Of a stretch of 18,856 bases of DNA, positions 17,711 through 18,856 are shown piece by piece. Origin of the DNA: a virus (taxonomy: Duplodnaviria > Heunggongvirae > Uroviricota > Caudoviricetes); IMG/VR virus record IMGVR_UViG_2630968500_000001; one strand, given 5' to 3'. How positions within the stretch are numbered: position 1 is the stretch's first letter; each line of letters opens with the position of its first letter. The notes under the pieces are model-generated. The model was not told the DNA's origin, ran no database searches, and saw nothing but the letters and a program-made list of their open reading frames with translations. Made by a program: the position numbers and the translations under genes.

Positions 17711-17826
17711 TCCTGGTTAAATTTCATTTTTCGCGGGTATAAAAAAACGATGGGGCGGGCAGTCCGGAAGACGTCAGGTCACAGAGATTTGACCCGCCCC
17801 TCCCCTCAGGCAGTTGAGAATCATTA
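17711..17826. other. Intergenic region between the HNH and terminase genes with a GC-rich inverted repeat; candidate cos / packaging-initiation region
   Basis: GGGGCGGG (17752-17759) and CCCGCCCC (17793-17800) form an 8-bp inverted repeat around a 33-nt spacer that contains the palindrome GACGTC. On the minus strand the downstream arm is followed by ATCG and then a run of seven T. In HK97-type genomes the HNH gene and terS flank cos (established knowledge); placing cos here is inference. Confidence 0.3.
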
Positions 17827-18177
17827 TCACTTCAACCGTTCACGGGCCGTCTTCGCCTTATGACACGGCCAGCACAGACTCTGCAGATTACTGTCTGCAT
17901 CAGTGCCGCCATGCGCTTTAGGGATGATGTGGTCAACGGTTTTCGCCTCACGCACCACACCGGCACGCAGACATAACTGACACAGGCCTTTGTCACGCTT
18001 CAGCACACGCGCGCGGATAACGTCCCACTTCGAACCATAACCGCGCTGGTGACGGGACTGACCTGGCTTGTATTGCCTCCAGCCTTCGCTTTTGTGGCTT
18101 TCACAATAGCCTGACGGATCTGTGGTGGTATGGCGGCAACCGCGAACACGGCAGGCTTTTGGGATTCGTGGCGGCAT
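17827..18177 (-). CDS. HNH endonuclease (packaging-associated)
   Basis: 116-aa ORF with Cys pairs and the motif DHIIPKAHGGTDADSNLQSLCWPCHKAKT (HNH signature). GGAG lies upstream of the ATG at 18177. It is adjacent to the terminase genes, as in HK97-like phages. Confidence 0.8.
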   Translation of the reverse strand: MPPRIPKACRVRGCRHTTTDPSGYCESHKSEGWRQYKPGQSRHQRGYGSKWDVIRARVLKRDKGLCQLCLRAGVVREAKTVDHIIPKAHGGTDADSNLQSLCWPCHKAKTARERLK

Positions 18178-18339
18178 ATGTACTAATCTCCGATTTATCC
18201 AAATTTCACTGCCATAATGCCGACATTCTCTGCCATTGTTGGCTCCGTTTATCCGTTAAAAGGGATATCAGTTAAGTTATCCCGTGTAGGGTATAAGCCA
18301 TTATCAAAGCCACTCTGTAGGGAATGGCTTTTGTAATAA

Positions 18340-18720
18340 CTACTGTTCGCTTAGCTTCTGCTTCAGCAAGTAACCTTCGAGCATCCAGATTTTGTTTACA
18401 GCATTCTGCCTGGCAATCTTCCGACCAATTTCTGCATCAAAGTTTTCAGGGCTTGCACAGGCACTCTCTCCGGTGACGGTGAAGCCATTCTTCAGCACCA
18501 GTACGCAGAAAGTGAGCAACTTCAATGGTGATAAATCACGATCGCCTTCTTCTGGTTTTTCCCTGCCACAATATTCGTTGCTGGAAATGGCACCATTTCG
18601 TCCATCATAAGCAGTAAAGTAATGCTCGCTTTTAATCACGTCTTCGATGTGCTGCGGGGTGATTCGCGGTGCCGTTTGGCCTTTCTCAACGATTTCTTTT
18701 TCGATTTGCTGGTCGTTCAT
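18340..18720 (-). CDS. Conserved phage protein of unknown function (126 aa)
   Basis: ORF MNDQQIEKEIVEKGQTAPRITPQHIEDVIKSEHYFTAYDGRNGAISSNEYCGREK… in an AT-richer segment upstream of the HNH gene. I cannot assign a family from the sequence alone; a possible relationship to N4 gp49/Sf6 gp66-like proteins is a low-confidence recollection. Confidence 0.45.
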   Translation of the reverse strand: MNDQQIEKEIVEKGQTAPRITPQHIEDVIKSEHYFTAYDGRNGAISSNEYCGREKPEEGDRDLSPLKLLTFCVLVLKNGFTVTGESACASPENFDAEIGRKIARQNAVNKIWMLEGYLLKQKLSEQ

Positions 18721-18856
18721 AATTATGACCCTGTAGAGTGGTTGCTTGATTAGGATGTCTTTCCATCAGTCCGCCACCACAAAGAATCTTTTTTGCCATA
18801 AGGCTGGAGGTTCATCTTTCAGTGGCTGCCAGTGTTATTTCCCCACTTACTGGCTT

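Noticed and set aside
18721-18856. Short open frames on the minus strand at the window edge (21-37 aa)
   Set aside because: All three frames entering from beyond the window hit stops within about 15 codons. The short ORFs that start inside are not supported by RBS or composition. Likely non-coding leader or regulatory DNA.
1-18856. Integrase, attachment site, tRNA, or toxin-antitoxin pairs
   Set aside because: Nothing resembling these in any frame. The window is entirely the packaging, head and tail late region, so prophage boundaries lie outside it.

Overview
The window reads as one contiguous late (structural) region of a prophage or phage, with every credible gene on the minus strand and the plus-strand ORFs being antisense shadows. 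Reading in the direction of transcription (high to low coordinates): a conserved small phage protein, an HNH endonuclease, a GC-rich inverted-repeat intergenic region (candidate cos), terminase small and large subunits, a small membrane ORF, an HK97-type head module (portal, prohead protease, major capsid protein, connector/adaptor proteins), then a Mu-type contractile tail and baseplate module (sheath, tube, frameshifted chaperone, tape measure, DNA circulation protein, hub, spike, gp46/gp47/gp48-like proteins) and the 5' end of a tail fibre gene that runs off the window at position 1. This is the HK97-like head plus Mu-like tail mosaic known from SfV/e14-type enterobacterial prophages. The most interesting element is an AT-rich single-gene moron (about 5311-5801) between the tape measure gene and the DNA circulation gene: it has its own sigma70-like promoter, ribosome-binding site, a roughly 125-aa bacterial PH-domain-like ORF and a canonical intrinsic terminator. 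Its function is unknown; a role in host fitness, exclusion or defence is speculation. Other points are a textbook -1 frameshift site in the tail chaperone, a near-identical in-frame tandem duplication in the tape measure gene, and several start-codon corrections. All family assignments come from reading the translations and recalling motifs, not from database searches. No tRNA, CRISPR array, integrase or attachment site was seen.
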